From positions 416,001 through 480,000 of the forward strand of contig CAVRAO010000002.1 in assembly GCA_963719035.1 (NCBI GenBank): 64,000 nucleotides of DNA, read 5' to 3'. Origin of the DNA: Methanobacteriota archaeon (GTDB lineage Archaea > Halobacteriota > Bog-38 > Methanoflorentales > Methanoflorentaceae). Positions 1-10,814 of this stretch are shown in pieces. A program made the translations under genes and the position numbers. Within the stretch, counting starts at the first letter, position 1. Each line of letters starts with the position of its first letter. The notes beneath the pieces were generated by a model. The model had not been told where the DNA came from and did not search any database. It was given only the letters and a program-made list of their open reading frames with translations.

Positions 1-305
1 CGGTTTCGGCTGATAAATCGTTAAGTGAGTTGGTAAGCGATGTTAAAACTGCTTTGAGCTCAAACACAGCGAAAATTCGTTTGACAATTCAGGCAGGACA
101 CATGAGTGAGGTAATAACGGGTTTCAGCAGTGCCGCTCTCACGTTTTCGGACACCGATGATATGGTAGTAAGAAAGAGCACATTTATCTCGGGACGGACG
201 TTAATGATAGGCGCAAACAAGGCAGCTCGAGATCTCGATCGTAAATTTGTCGAAAAGTTAAAAACGCCTGAGAATATCACTATTACTATAGAAACCGATT
301 TTTAG
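1..305 (+). CDS. DUF371 family protein, probably 5'-partial
   Basis: Motif LTFSDTDDMVVRKSTFISGRTLMIGANKAARDLDR is typical of archaeal DUF371; the N-terminus probably lies upstream of the window. Confidence 0.8.
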   Translation, partial: VSADKSLSELVSDVKTALSSNTAKIRLTIQAGHMSEVITGFSSAALTFSDTDDMVVRKSTFISGRTLMIGANKAARDLDRKFVEKLKTPENITITIETDF

Positions 306-380
306 CGGCACCATTCAAGTCTGCTTTTTCGATTTATTGCGTTTTTATGGATTTTTGCCGATTATCGGCATATAGATAGG

Positions 381-388
381 TTTAAATA
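381..388 (+). promoter_or_regulatory. Candidate TATA box for psmB
   Basis: TTTAAATA about 60 nt upstream of the psmB ATG. Confidence 0.4.
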
Positions 389-448
389 GAAACGTAAAGA
401 ATTAGACAGTGTTTACTGGTTTTTGTTTGCTTTTGCTGAGGTAGTAAA

Positions 449-1084
449 ATGACTAATGTTGATCAATATAAAGGCACGACTACCATTGGTATCGTATGTA
501 AGGGCGGCGTTGTGCTCGCATCAGAAAGTCGCGTAACCATGGGTAACTTCATATCCAGCAAAGAGGGCAAAAAGATATACCAAATTGATGATCTTGTTGG
601 GATGACAATAGCTGGCGGTGTAGGCGATGCACAGAGCCTCGTTCGTACCATAACCGTCGAGGCCAAATTATACAAGATGCGACAAGGGAAACCGATGACA
701 GTCGCGGCAATAGCGACCCTGCTGTCAAACATCCTTAACCAAAACCGATACTATCCGTATTTCGTGCAGCTCATGATAGGCGGCTTTGACAAGAATGCGG
801 CTTCGCTCTACTCATTGGACGCTGTTGGAGGTCAAATTGAAGAACGCCTTGCTACAGCGCAGGGTTCAGGATCGCCAATGGCTTTTGGCGTCATTGAAGA
901 CCGATACGCAGAAAAGATCCCCATTGACGATGGCGTCGATCTCGCTATTAGAGCGCTTTCGTCTGCAATGAAGAGAGATTCGGCTTCAGGAAACGATATG
1001 CACGTCATAAAAATTACTGAAAAAGGATATGTCGAAGTTAGCAGTGATGAAATAGACAAAAGAAAAGCCGCTCTCGCAATTTAA
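449..1084 (+). CDS. psmB: Proteasome subunit beta
   Basis: Short propeptide followed by KG-TTTIG (catalytic Thr), GSGSP motif and RDSASG; precedes aCPSF1 as usual in archaea. Confidence 0.97.
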   Translation: MTNVDQYKGTTTIGIVCKGGVVLASESRVTMGNFISSKEGKKIYQIDDLVGMTIAGGVGDAQSLVRTITVEAKLYKMRQGKPMTVAAIATLLSNILNQNRYYPYFVQLMIGGFDKNAASLYSLDAVGGQIEERLATAQGSGSPMAFGVIEDRYAEKIPIDDGVDLAIRALSSAMKRDSASGNDMHVIKITEKGYVEVSSDEIDKRKAALAI

Positions 1085-1143
1085 GCAACCTTTGCTGCTA
1101 TCTTGATCTTTGTTTTTTTTTATTTTTTTGTGGAAGTCATATA

Positions 1144-3049
1144 ATGCCGGTTGAAGAAGCACTTAATGACTTGAGACAACGAGTCAAAGAGAGGTTGCCC
1201 GCTAACGTCACGATAACGGACCTTGAGTTTGAAGGGCCTGAAGTCGTGATCTATACCGACGATCCGAGGACGTTCGCAGACAATGGTGAGATAGTCAAAA
1301 AACTCGCCCGTGAACTTCGCAAACGAATAGTGGTTAGGCCAGATCCACGCGTTTTGGCAGACCCCGAGACGTCAATAGCGGAAATAAGCGGCATCGTCCC
1401 CGAAGAAGCGGGGATAACAAACCACTATTTTGACCTAGACACCGGTGAAATCGTTATAGAAGCCAAAAAGCCAGGACTTGTAATCGGGCGACACGGTGCC
1501 ACACTCCGGGAGATCACCAAAAGTATAGGGTGGACACCTCGAGTTGTAAGAACGCCGCCGATTGAATCGGTTACGGTAAAGGAGATACGCCAATACTTGC
1601 GTTCTTACAGCGATGAACGCAAAGAGCTTCTCAAAACAATGGGCAAAAAGATTCATCGAGAGGTGACTTCGAAAGACCAGTGGATACGCGTTACCACCCT
1701 CGGTGGATGTCGGGAAGTTGGCAGAACTTCTTTTCTGCTATCGACTCCCGAATCGAAGATAATGATAGATTGCGGCGTTAACGTAGGGTCAGAAGACAGC
1801 GCTACACCCTACCTTTACGCTCCTGAAGTAAGCCCTCTCGATCAAATTGACGCAGTTGTCGTCACGCACGCACACCTCGATCATGCGGGGCTCGTTCCAC
1901 TTCTATTCAAGTACGGGTATGATGGCCCAATATACTGCACGCCACCAACGCGAGACCTGATGTCGCTTCTCCAACTCGATTATATTGACGTTGCTGCTCG
2001 TGAGGGGCGCAAGATCCCGTACGATTCCGCCAAAATAAGAGAGGTCATCAAGCATTCAATCGCGTTGAACTACGGAGGGGTGACCGACATAGCGCCTGAT
2101 GTGCGATTGACATTTCATAACGCGGGACACATCCTAGGATCTTCGATCGCCCACTTCCACGTGGGAGAAGGACTTTACAACGTCGCTTTTACAGGAGACT
2201 TCAAGTACGAACAGAGTAGGCTATTTGACCCTGCAGTCAACAGTTTTCCGCGACTTGAAGCGCTCATAATGGAATCGACGTATGGGGGGCCGCATGACCA
2301 AACCCCCTCAAGACGCGATGCTGAGAACAAACTATACTCCGTCATACGACACACCCTAGCAAAGGGCGGAAAAGTACCTGGTACCAGCGTTCGCAGTGGG
2401 ACGAAGCCAAGAGGTTATGATCGTTCTCGAAGAAGGAATTCGGAGAAACATCATCGACGAGATCCCCGTATACCTCGATGGCATGATATGGGAAGCCACT
2501 GCCATTCACACGACGTATCCTGAGTACCTCAACAACGATTTAAGAAACATGATATTTCACGAGGGCATGAATCCGTTCCTCTCAGATAGCTTCGTCCAAG
2601 TGGAGCAAAACATGCGCGAAGACATTATAAAGGGCGAGCCATGCGTTATTCTTGCCACCTCTGGTATGCTTAACAGCGGCCCTGTAATGGAATATTTGAA
2701 AGCGTTAGGACCACAGGAAGATAACACCCTAGTGTTCGTCGGGTATCAAGCCGAAGGAACGCTCGGTCGGCGTATACAAAAAGGGTGGAAAGAAATACCT
2801 GTTTCAAACAACGGCAAAACGGCCACGATGCAAATAAACATGAACGTCGAGACGGTTGATGGGTTTTCTGGGCACTCGGATCGACAGCAACTGATCGAAT
2901 ACGTTAAGCGACTAAACCCTCGGCCAGAAAAGATTGTCACGAGTCACGGTGAAGAAAACAAGTGTACAGATTTGGCGAGCACGATATATAAGAAATTCAA
3001 AATTGAAACTAGAAGCCCAATGAATCTTGAAACGGTTCGATTTATTTGA
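1144..3049 (+). CDS. fttA: Beta-CASP ribonuclease aCPSF1 / transcription termination factor FttA, with a +1 frameshift near 2378
   Basis: N-terminal KH domains, [14 protein letters not shown] and GFSGHSD motifs. ORFs 1144-2523 and 2396-3049 join into [16 protein letters not shown] if one C after GTAC (2374-2378) is removed. Confidence 0.95.
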
Positions 3050-3061
3050 AGTTAACAAGGT

Positions 3062-3748
3062 TCAAGTGCCGTCGCTCGACGTTTCTTGAAAGCACGTACA
3101 CATATCGGTAAAGGGGCATTTCCAGTGCTGCGGCCGTCGAGCGCTACATATTTCTCTGCCAAATTTAATGAGCGCGGTGTGGGCGAACTTGCGCTTCCCA
3201 CGAGGTATCTCACCTTCTAACGAAGTCTTAACGACCTCATAGCCCCCCTTTTGTGGCGCCAGTCCGAGTCGTCGCGAGACTCTAAACACATGCGTGTCGA
3301 CAGGGACGATGTCAAAATCACGGGCAAAGAGAAGGACCACGTCTGCCGTTTTTGGACCAATCCCCACGACTTCCCGGAGCCGTGCTCGCGCCGATTCGTA
3401 ACTGCCACCGAGAAACGACCACGTGTCGCCCCCATAGTGTTCTACGATTTCAGTGGCCACCGCACTTATGCTTCTAGCTTTAGTCTCGTACAGTCCCGCT
3501 GGTCGTATATCGCGTTCTATATCGTCCACATTTGCCAAATATACTTCTTCAAGTGTTTCGTATTTGACTAACATTTTCCGAAGGACTGGTCCAGAATTCG
3601 CGTTAGAAGTGTTCTGGGATAAGATCGTGTGCACGATGAGCCAAAACGGTTCGTTTCGTTCCCGCCAAAAGTCGTCGTCAAATCTCACGTGGCCGAAGAG
3701 CGACTCGAGTCGCTGAACGACAAGCTCTCCTTTCCCCGCATTCGTCAT
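3062..3748 (-). CDS. nth: Endonuclease III family HhH-GPD DNA glycosylase
   Basis: ILSQNT, GIGPKTADVVLLF (HhH Lys), PVDTHVFRV, and a C-terminal FeS loop C-x6-H-x2-C-x5-C. Confidence 0.9.
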   Translation of the reverse strand: MTNAGKGELVVQRLESLFGHVRFDDDFWRERNEPFWLIVHTILSQNTSNANSGPVLRKMLVKYETLEEVYLANVDDIERDIRPAGLYETKARSISAVATEIVEHYGGDTWSFLGGSYESARARLREVVGIGPKTADVVLLFARDFDIVPVDTHVFRVSRRLGLAPQKGGYEVVKTSLEGEIPRGKRKFAHTALIKFGREICSARRPQHWKCPFTDMCTCFQETSSDGT

Positions 3749-4401
3749 GGTGGTCAGCGCAACATGTAGCTAATCGCCTATAAATTACTGCTACGCATCG
3801 ACAGTAATTTAAACGCAGCACGCTTCGCGGTGTCAACAATCTTCGCCCGTCCACGCACGGCAGGGCCAAGAGGGTTCGCTAGGCTGACGCCTTCTCGCCG
3901 AGAGACCGTGTTTAAGACAGGCTCATGGTTTCCTTTGTGGAACTAACTTAGTGCCAAGTGATATTCTTCGATTATTTGTTCAAAGTCCATCGCAGTCACC
4001 TGACTGGCGCTAATAACGCTTTACACGTTCTTAAATATTGCACGCACATTGCCGGTAGCGGCGACTGGCGGTATTTATCCCCGGTCTCCTCCGGGACGCT
4101 TATATGCAGTTAGGCGAGATTGGCAAGGCTATAGCAGCATATCGAGCTACTCTAACAACTGATCCAAGTTATGAAGTTGTGCAAAGAGCGTTGCGTAGGA
4201 CTTCAGAATCGAACTAGCCAGTTAAGGTGCGCACGCCGAATTAAGTCGAATGAAGCTGCTGCAAAACTCCGCGTTAAGGCGCTTCGACGATTTGCCATGA
4301 TCATCGAGCATAGTTTTTTATCGCGTGCAACGAAATTGACTCCAATAATCGCTGTACCGCATGATCGTGATGCTCCGAGGGTCGTGCAAGGAAGATAGCC
4401 G

Positions 4402-5526
4402 ATGATTAGCAAGGAAGTGATGTTCAAGGACCACCGGGTGATCGTCGATCTGAACTGTCCGGTGGTGCGGTTCCCACATAACCCCGTGCTTACGGCCAAG
4501 GAAGTAAACCAGGCGTGGCAGGACCCGGGCCTCCAGGTCACGACCGTCCACAACGCCGGCATAGCGCTGCACGGTAGCGACACAGTCATGCTGTTCCGGT
4601 CTCATCTTCGTTGCGGCATGAGCGTGCTCGGAGTCGCCCGTAGCAGCAACGGCGTCGACGGTTGGCGTGTCGAGCCGCGGCCGGCCATGGTGCCTGCTAC
4701 CGAAAGGGACGCCTTCGCCCCCGGCACCGATGCCAGGGCTCTCATCGAGAACGAGGCAGGCGGCGTTGAGGATCCGCGGATCACCCAGATCGGCGACACC
4801 TACTATATCACCTACAGTGCTTATCACGCGACAGTGAAGAACCGCGTGCGCGTCTCTCTGGCCACAACACGCGATTTCTCCCACTTCATGCGCCACGGCC
4901 CTGTGCTCGAGCGAGACATGCGGAATGTGGTGGTTTTCCCCGAGCCCATCGGCGGCCGCTACGCCGGTCTGTTCCGGCCCAATGACACCACGGGCGGCGA
5001 CGTCGGGGGCATCTACACGCAGATCAAGCTCGGCTGGACGAGTTCGGTCGAGTCTAATCGGTGGGAGATCCAGCAGGAGCCCATCATGAGGACTGGCGCA
5101 GGCCCGAGCGCTTTCTCGGACAAGATCGGTCCTGGCGCCCCACCTTTAAGGACCGCTAAGGGTTGGCTCAGCGTGTTTCACGGGGTGCGCACCACCATGG
5201 ACGGCAACCCATACGTGCTTGGCGTGGCGCTGCACGACCTGGCGGACCCGGCACGGGTCAAGATGTCAAGCATCCCTATCCTGCTCCCGTCCAGGGCTGA
5301 CTGCCACGTCGAGGACGCAGCCTACACCCATGTGCCGCAGGTCGTGTTCACCTGCGGACTTGTGCGCCGCGACGATGGCAGCATCCTCATCTACTACGGC
5401 GGCAATGACACGGTCATGAACGTGGGCGTGACTCACGAGGACGTGCTCATCGCGCTCTGCGAGAGCTACGGCCAGGACCCGCTGACCGGGCATCTCAAGT
5501 ACGATATTCGCGGCCCCCGAAGCTGA
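4402..5526 (+). CDS. Glycoside hydrolase family 130 (beta-mannoside phosphorylase/glycosidase-like)
   Basis: NPVLT, HNAG, GGVEDPRIT, YYITYSAY, KIGPGAPP, VVFTCG and IYYGG motifs; visibly GC-rich compared with the flanks. Confidence 0.88.
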   Translation: MISKEVMFKDHRVIVDLNCPVVRFPHNPVLTAKEVNQAWQDPGLQVTTVHNAGIALHGSDTVMLFRSHLRCGMSVLGVARSSNGVDGWRVEPRPAMVPATERDAFAPGTDARALIENEAGGVEDPRITQIGDTYYITYSAYHATVKNRVRVSLATTRDFSHFMRHGPVLERDMRNVVVFPEPIGGRYAGLFRPNDTTGGDVGGIYTQIKLGWTSSVESNRWEIQQEPIMRTGAGPSAFSDKIGPGAPPLRTAKGWLSVFHGVRTTMDGNPYVLGVALHDLADPARVKMSSIPILLPSRADCHVEDAAYTHVPQVVFTCGLVRRDDGSILIYYGGNDTVMNVGVTHEDVLIALCESYGQDPLTGHLKYDIRGPRS

Positions 5527-5549
5527 GGAACTCGGAACTAGCCCCTATA

Positions 5550-6072
5550 TTAGTAGTTCATGATTCTGAGAGCTTTCAAGTAAACGTTCTTAACTCCGTC
5601 GTTCTTCTCATCTTGAACTATCTCTTCAATTTGTGACGCAAGTTCTTTTCTGATCGCAGGATTATTCTTTACGATTTCTACCAAGGCAAAGGCAGCACAC
5701 CAGCGAACGACTGTGCCTTGTCTTTGGTATTCACCAAAAGTTTGGGATTTGCCTTTTCAACTTCAGTTGGGTATTCCTGTGCCAGATTCCCTATTGTTTC
5801 AGGCACTCCCCACTTCACTCTCGGCGCCTTGTAGTTTATGTAGTCAACTAAATCGTCGATGTAAGGGCCACAATCTCAGACTTATCCTTTGAAACATGTT
5901 TTATAACGTCTGCAGCTGTTCCTTTTTCAACGTCAGAACCAGACTTCAAAATCTCAATTAGTTGAGGGAACTGTTTTTCATCTTTTTCTATGCTTTCAGT
6001 TAAGAATGCAATCAATTCCTTGGGTTTACCTTTCCAGGTTCTTAGTTCATCTGTTACGTTCATGTCATTCAC
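5550..6072 (-). pseudogene. HEAT-repeat protein, multiply frameshifted
   Basis: ORF 5848-6072 (GSDVEKGTAADVIKHVS) continues in other frames as APRVKWG..., GTVVRWCAAFALVEI and GVKNVYLKAL; several indels. Confidence 0.6.
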
Positions 6073-6196
6073 TTGTCCGAAAGATAAATCGTACGACGTT
6101 ACACGTTTCTCAAAAAGCGTGCAGGTCGGAAAAACGTCAAAATTAACGAACCTCTCCGTCTCAGCGAGGTGCTTACAGCTCGTCTGCTTTCTTTTT

Positions 6197-6538
6197 TTAT
6201 ACAGATGTCTGTGACTGGTTATAGCTATTCTTTAAAAACGGGATTATTTGCTCCACGTCAGTTGTTGCATTAACACTTATTTGTGGCCATTTATTCATTG
6301 TTCGTTTTCCTGCTTGGAAAGGCTTAATCTCAAATTCTTTTAATAATTGAATTTTGTCTTGTTCGCGAACTTTTGTGAGAACAACGCCGTCTGTAACCAA
6401 AAATGCAAATAATTTTTCCTTATTTTTGTAACATGGACAACCATACATCTTTTTCGTCGTTACATTAGGCCAATTTAGAATCTCTTCTTCTATTCTCAAT
6501 CTGAGATTATGCATTTTTTCTTCATTGTAATATTGCAT
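6197..6538 (-). CDS. TfoX/YjbR-like small protein
   Basis: WPNVTTKKMYGCPCY...LFAFL and C-terminal W...PFLKNSY pattern; AT-rich. Confidence 0.55.
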   Translation of the reverse strand: MQYYNEEKMHNLRLRIEEEILNWPNVTTKKMYGCPCYKNKEKLFAFLVTDGVVLTKVREQDKIQLLKEFEIKPFQAGKRTMNKWPQISVNATTDVEQIIPFLKNSYNQSQTSV

Positions 6539-6759
6539 ATTAACACGCTGAGAATTACGCCTAACAGCATTATAAAGACAGACGCAGAAGCTCTAAATAA
6601 GGAACTCCGGTTGCTGGGTCGAATTCGTCCGTCAAAGCTGAATTACAAAGAGTATCCTCAGGGTCTGTTCTTAAGTCTTCTAAACGTTGTTACCGTATCG
6701 AATAAACGGGAGAAACTTTTTCGCAGCGCGCGGCGTGTTAGCCGATATAGGGTGACATA

Positions 6760-7136
6760 ATGGCCGAGAATATACTCACTGAGGAAAGCCGCTCTGATGT
6801 TCGTGAGGGAAGACTCGAGGAAGTCAAGGCGGCAATGAACGGGTTGGTCGAGTTAGTCAAGGCGAAAGAGCCCCGGATTATCTTCTACAATGCTTATATC
6901 AACGAGGACGGCACGCAACTGACCGTCCCACAAGCTCACCCTGATTCCGCACTGGTGGAGTTTCATATGGAAGTGACGGAGCCCACTTTGCCAAGATGGC
7001 AACGTGCATCACTATGTCAAGCCTCGATATCTACGGCACGCCAAGTCAGAGTTTGTTAGATAAGCTGCAACGCACCGAGTTCACGAGTGTGACTGTCGCC
7101 GGGCACGAACTCAGCACAGGATTTTCCCGGTTCTAG
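6760..7136 (+). pseudogene. ABM (dimeric alpha+beta barrel) monooxygenase-like protein, frameshifted near 6985
   Basis: EGRLEEVK...KAKEP...YNAYINEDGT...HPDS...EFHM; the C-terminal half (SLDIYGTPS...GFSRF*) lies in another frame ending at 7136. Confidence 0.55.
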
Positions 7137-7527
7137 CCTCGTCGTCAGACTGAACGTCCCCGTGTGAAAGCAAACGTTGATGTAACGCAATCCTCAATCA
7201 TCCGAATTGTTTGATGGACTATCTGATCAAGCGCCAACAACCGGAGCTTAACCCTTTTCCTCTTACGTGTGAACACTACTTTTTTCCACCCTTTATATAC
7301 ACGTCATAAACGTGCTCAGGAAGCGGATGTCTTTAGTTCTTCCAATCGATTTCCGCTCTTTGTTTTTTTGAGGCTTGATCTGATGACCAAAACATCGCCT
7401 CAGCGAGCGCAAGTCACTTTGTCGTTGTTATGCTGGATGACTCCTCAATCTGATAGCGCGGCTCGAAAGTGCCTGAAAACGGGGATAATAACTATAAGCG
7501 TGAAGGCCGACGTAAACGACGATTATT

Positions 7528-8007
7528 ATGTCTGCTGAAGAGAATAAAGCCGCTGTCCGCCATTTTTGGCAGGACCACTTGAATACTGGTAACGCGACTC
7601 TGTGCGAGAGTGACTTCGCTCCCGACGCCGTCAACCACGATCCCAACAGCCCTCCAGTCCCCCCTGGCCCGGAGGGCATGGCGCAACTCATCACTCTTTA
7701 CCGCACCGCCTTTCCTGATCTCACGGCGACCGTTGAGGACATGATCGCCGAAGGCGACAAGGTTGCTTACCGCCTAACGTTTCGCGGCACGCACCTAGGC
7801 GAGCTTATGGGTATGCCTGCCACGGGAAAGCACGTGACCTATACGGGTATCGGGATCGACACGGTCGTCAACGGAACGATTACGGACATGTGGCTCAACT
7901 TTGACGCCCTTGGCATGCTGCAGCAGCTAGGAGCTGTCCCACCGCCTGGGGAGATGGCAAAAAAGGCAGCGTACTACAAGGGCAAGGAAGTAAGGGGGGA
8001 AAAGTAG
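7528..8007 (+). CDS. SnoaL-like ester cyclase
   Basis: MSAEENKAAVR, AFPDL...VEDMIAEGDKV...GTHLGELMGMPATGK, D.LGMLQQLG. Confidence 0.9.
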   Translation: MSAEENKAAVRHFWQDHLNTGNATLCESDFAPDAVNHDPNSPPVPPGPEGMAQLITLYRTAFPDLTATVEDMIAEGDKVAYRLTFRGTHLGELMGMPATGKHVTYTGIGIDTVVNGTITDMWLNFDALGMLQQLGAVPPPGEMAKKAAYYKGKEVRGEK

Positions 8008-8244
8008 CCAGGCAACACTCGATATAATTGTTTTTCAAGCTTCACGACGGAAAAAGAAACTTTTGAACAGGAGCCTAATACAGGCTCCGACGTAAGAGCC
8101 TAGGTGGCAAAATCATATCTGCTGCCTAAGCACGTGCGTGACGTGTATATGAAGTGGTGGCCTCTCGGCAGAAGGCCACTGCCGAACGTTACCGCACAAC
8201 GATCAAAGAGTAATTGAATACCCCCCCATTAAGGGGCTTTGCGC

Positions 8245-9366
8245 CTACCCACTGCGCAAATGTGCCATAAAACGTCTTTTGATCTGATTTGCTGCATACG
8301 GTAAGTCCGGAACGTTGGCGTTCCCTGGTTTTATAACGACGTGAATAAACTTTGGGCCCACCGGGAGCTGCAATGCTGAAAGCAACCCCTCTGCAGTGTA
8401 CACCTTACGTGTGTGCTCGATACCAAAACTCCGCGCTAAAAGCTCCAAGTCAAGTTTTTGACTCGCCGTTTGCTGATTTCCGGTAGAACCGTACGTTCCG
8501 TTATCAAGAGCTACAACTGTGAAGTTGTCTCGTGCCTGTTGAGAGATACTGCAGAGAACATTTGGATTCATCAAGAGACTTCCGTCTCCGTCAAGCACAA
8601 CGACTTCGCTTTCGTTATAAAGGGATGTTCCAAGTCCGATCGATGAAGCTAAACCCATACTTCCAAGCATGTAAAAGTTGCCCGGTTGATCGCAAAGTGC
8701 ATACAACTCCTTGCACGGTATTCCTAAGTTGCAGACCACCGTCCGCCCTCGAAGATAGGGAACGGCTGCCTCGATCGCTTGATAGCGAGTCATCGTGGGA
8801 CGCTTAACCTGAGATTCTAGCGACAAAGCGGGGCATTTTAATCTTTCATATCCCGGTTCTTTAATGGCGTCTTGCTGCGTGCACGGCCACAACTCCGGCG
8901 AGACAAGCACGGCGACTGGCAAGCTTGTCTCAAATGATTCCTGTATTGCCTGACCCAAGAACGGCAGGTCCTCCACGGTGTGGACCTCATAGGTCGTGAC
9001 GTCAAGAGCGTTTAGCACTGCCTTAAGGTGCGTCCCCCAGTAGACTTGGGCGGGTATGCTCTCCTTATAAACTCCACGCCAACTTGCAACAATGGGCAGA
9101 GGAAGTGCGTAAGTAAAATTGAGCGACGATAAGGCGTTCAGAAAGTTTCCGATACCGGTGCTTTGAATCAGCATCAGCGGTTTGGCTCCTGCGAGAAACG
9201 CGCCTGCGCAGATTCCGACGCCATCTTCCTCCCTCGTGAGCGGAACTTCGAAAAAGCGCTTGCTTACAAGGGGCAACAGGTTCTTCAGCCTATCGCACGG
9301 CAATGTGGCTATAAGATCAATGTTATTTTGTTCGAAAAGCTCAACGGTTTCTTCTTCTGGAGTCAA
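8245..9366 (-). CDS. comDE: Sulfopyruvate decarboxylase, fused alpha/beta subunits
   Basis: TREEDGVGICAGA (ComD), then NFYMLGSMGLASSIG and DGDGSLLMN TPP motif (ComE); adjacent to cysteate synthase. Confidence 0.93.
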   Translation of the reverse strand: MTPEEETVELFEQNNIDLIATLPCDRLKNLLPLVSKRFFEVPLTREEDGVGICAGAFLAGAKPLMLIQSTGIGNFLNALSSLNFTYALPLPIVASWRGVYKESIPAQVYWGTHLKAVLNALDVTTYEVHTVEDLPFLGQAIQESFETSLPVAVLVSPELWPCTQQDAIKEPGYERLKCPALSLESQVKRPTMTRYQAIEAAVPYLRGRTVVCNLGIPCKELYALCDQPGNFYMLGSMGLASSIGLGTSLYNESEVVVLDGDGSLLMNPNVLCSISQQARDNFTVVALDNGTYGSTGNQQTASQKLDLELLARSFGIEHTRKVYTAEGLLSALQLPVGPKFIHVVIKPGNANVPDLPYAANQIKRRFMAHLRSG

Positions 9367-9379
9367 TATTGCCCCCCCT

Positions 9380-10672
9380 TTATGTTAGCACTTCTCGCAG
9401 CTCGGCAAGGTCTATGTCAGGCTTTGTGATGCGAATGTCGGGCCTTATCTGATAGCACTCTTTGTCTTCTTTTAACTTTTGCAAGCCGCCTCCAGTAATA
9501 TTGAGAAGCACAACATCTGAATCATCAATACCTCCGTTAGCTACAGCTTGCATCAACGACGCTGCAGCAACTGCTGCTGCCGGCACAATATCTATGCCTT
9601 CAAGATCTTCAAAGAGACGGGCAGCGCGTCGTGCTTCAATATTTGACACGGCGTACATCTGACCCCTCGTGTTTTTCAGCGCGTCAAATACCCCCCCTTT
9701 GACTGAATATGCTGGATTTCTATTCGATAAGACATCAGCATACAATTTTTTGATAGATTTTCTAGCGTCAGGCATATCGATAGCTGGTTCGATGGTCCTT
9801 CTATGAGCGTTCCAAGCACTGAACATAGGCACAAAAGGCAAGTTCTGGGACAAATGCAATTTCGGAAGCCGACCCTCCAAAAACCTGCCGTCGCGTTTTA
9901 GACGCAAAGAGGCCTCCCAAGCTGCTATCCCACCCGTTCCGCTACCGACCGCTTGAAAATAATGGTCTGGCGCTCTGCCGATGGTAACGGCAGCCTCAAG
10001 CATTACCGTACCCATCCCGTCACGCCGAGCGACGTTCATGGCTCCCCCTTCTGGTATAAGTCCAGGTAATGTTGCGAACCTGTTACCCAGAGCAATAGCG
10101 TCTGAATAGTCATTTCCTCGTCGAAGAACAACTAGTGTAATGTTCTCAGAAGGTGGTTCAGGAAGCCATAGCTTTGCTATTGCGCTTTCCAACCCGACGA
10201 GAACCAACTTAAGATCTGTGAAAGTTGTGGACACCGTATGCGCAAAAGCGCGCGCTGTGTTGCCAACTGAAGAAACAACCAACGTTTTCACCTTGCTTTC
10301 GACAGCTCGTTGCACAGTCGGTGGCGACTCCAGCTCTTTAAAGCTGCAAGTCTCAAGGATCGCGTTTTTTTCTGGCCAGTATCCGTTGAAACTAATAAAT
10401 AGGTCTTTTAGTCCAAGCTCTCGCGCAAAGCCCTCACTTTTGTATGTAACAGACCGGCCACATGTTCTCAATTTATCTATTGTTGGCAGCCACGCAGAAA
10501 ACCGCCACATACTTTCTTCCGCAGTAACTTCCAATTGATGGTCCTGGTAGACAGTGCGCAAAAGTGCGTTACCGCAACCACAACGTAACTCGTAACCCGT
10601 GCCAGAAACGTTTGAATGACAGCCTAAGCAGATAATTTTATAATGTTTCGGCGCCGAGTTGTTGATGTCCAT
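9380..10672 (-). CDS. Cysteate synthase (threonine synthase-like PLP enzyme, CoM biosynthesis)
   Basis: FNGYWPE...TCSFKELES, SVGNTARAF, NVARRDGMGTVML, YFQAVGSGTGGIAAWEA and LSNRNPAYS signature motifs. Confidence 0.92.
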   Translation of the reverse strand: MDINNSAPKHYKIICLGCHSNVSGTGYELRCGCGNALLRTVYQDHQLEVTAEESMWRFSAWLPTIDKLRTCGRSVTYKSEGFARELGLKDLFISFNGYWPEKNAILETCSFKELESPPTVQRAVESKVKTLVVSSVGNTARAFAHTVSTTFTDLKLVLVGLESAIAKLWLPEPPSENITLVVLRRGNDYSDAIALGNRFATLPGLIPEGGAMNVARRDGMGTVMLEAAVTIGRAPDHYFQAVGSGTGGIAAWEASLRLKRDGRFLEGRLPKLHLSQNLPFVPMFSAWNAHRRTIEPAIDMPDARKSIKKLYADVLSNRNPAYSVKGGVFDALKNTRGQMYAVSNIEARRAARLFEDLEGIDIVPAAAVAAASLMQAVANGGIDDSDVVLLNITGGGLQKLKEDKECYQIRPDIRITKPDIDLAELREVLT

Positions 10673-10814
10673 ACGTACATAATAAACTCCTATTTTTATT
10701 TAAATTTACCTAGTTATTGTATAATTGTATAAAAAATAGCTATTATTCGGTATATATAGGCAATCTTTTTCTATTTTTGCATAATTATATATAGAATTAT
10801 TCATAAAATTTAAT
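10673..10814. promoter_or_regulatory. AT-rich divergent promoter region between cysteate synthase/comDE and hdrCBA-comF
   Basis: Very AT-rich intergenic spacer with several TATA-like boxes (TTGTATAA repeated, TTATATATA). Confidence 0.5.

Noticed and set aside
2371-2400. Programmed frameshift in aCPSF1
   Set aside because: No slippery heptamer or stimulatory structure; it fits the GTAC-linked error pattern.
3900-3925. IS-like end GAGAGACCGTGT, with reverse complement at about 56323-56334
   Set aside because: Only ~12 bp, 52 kb apart, with no transposase or target duplication; could be chance.
8215-8242. Resemblance of GAATACCCCCCCATTAAGGGGCTTTG to an IS200/IS605 end
   Set aside because: Short and degenerate, with no tnpA/tnpB/iscB nearby.
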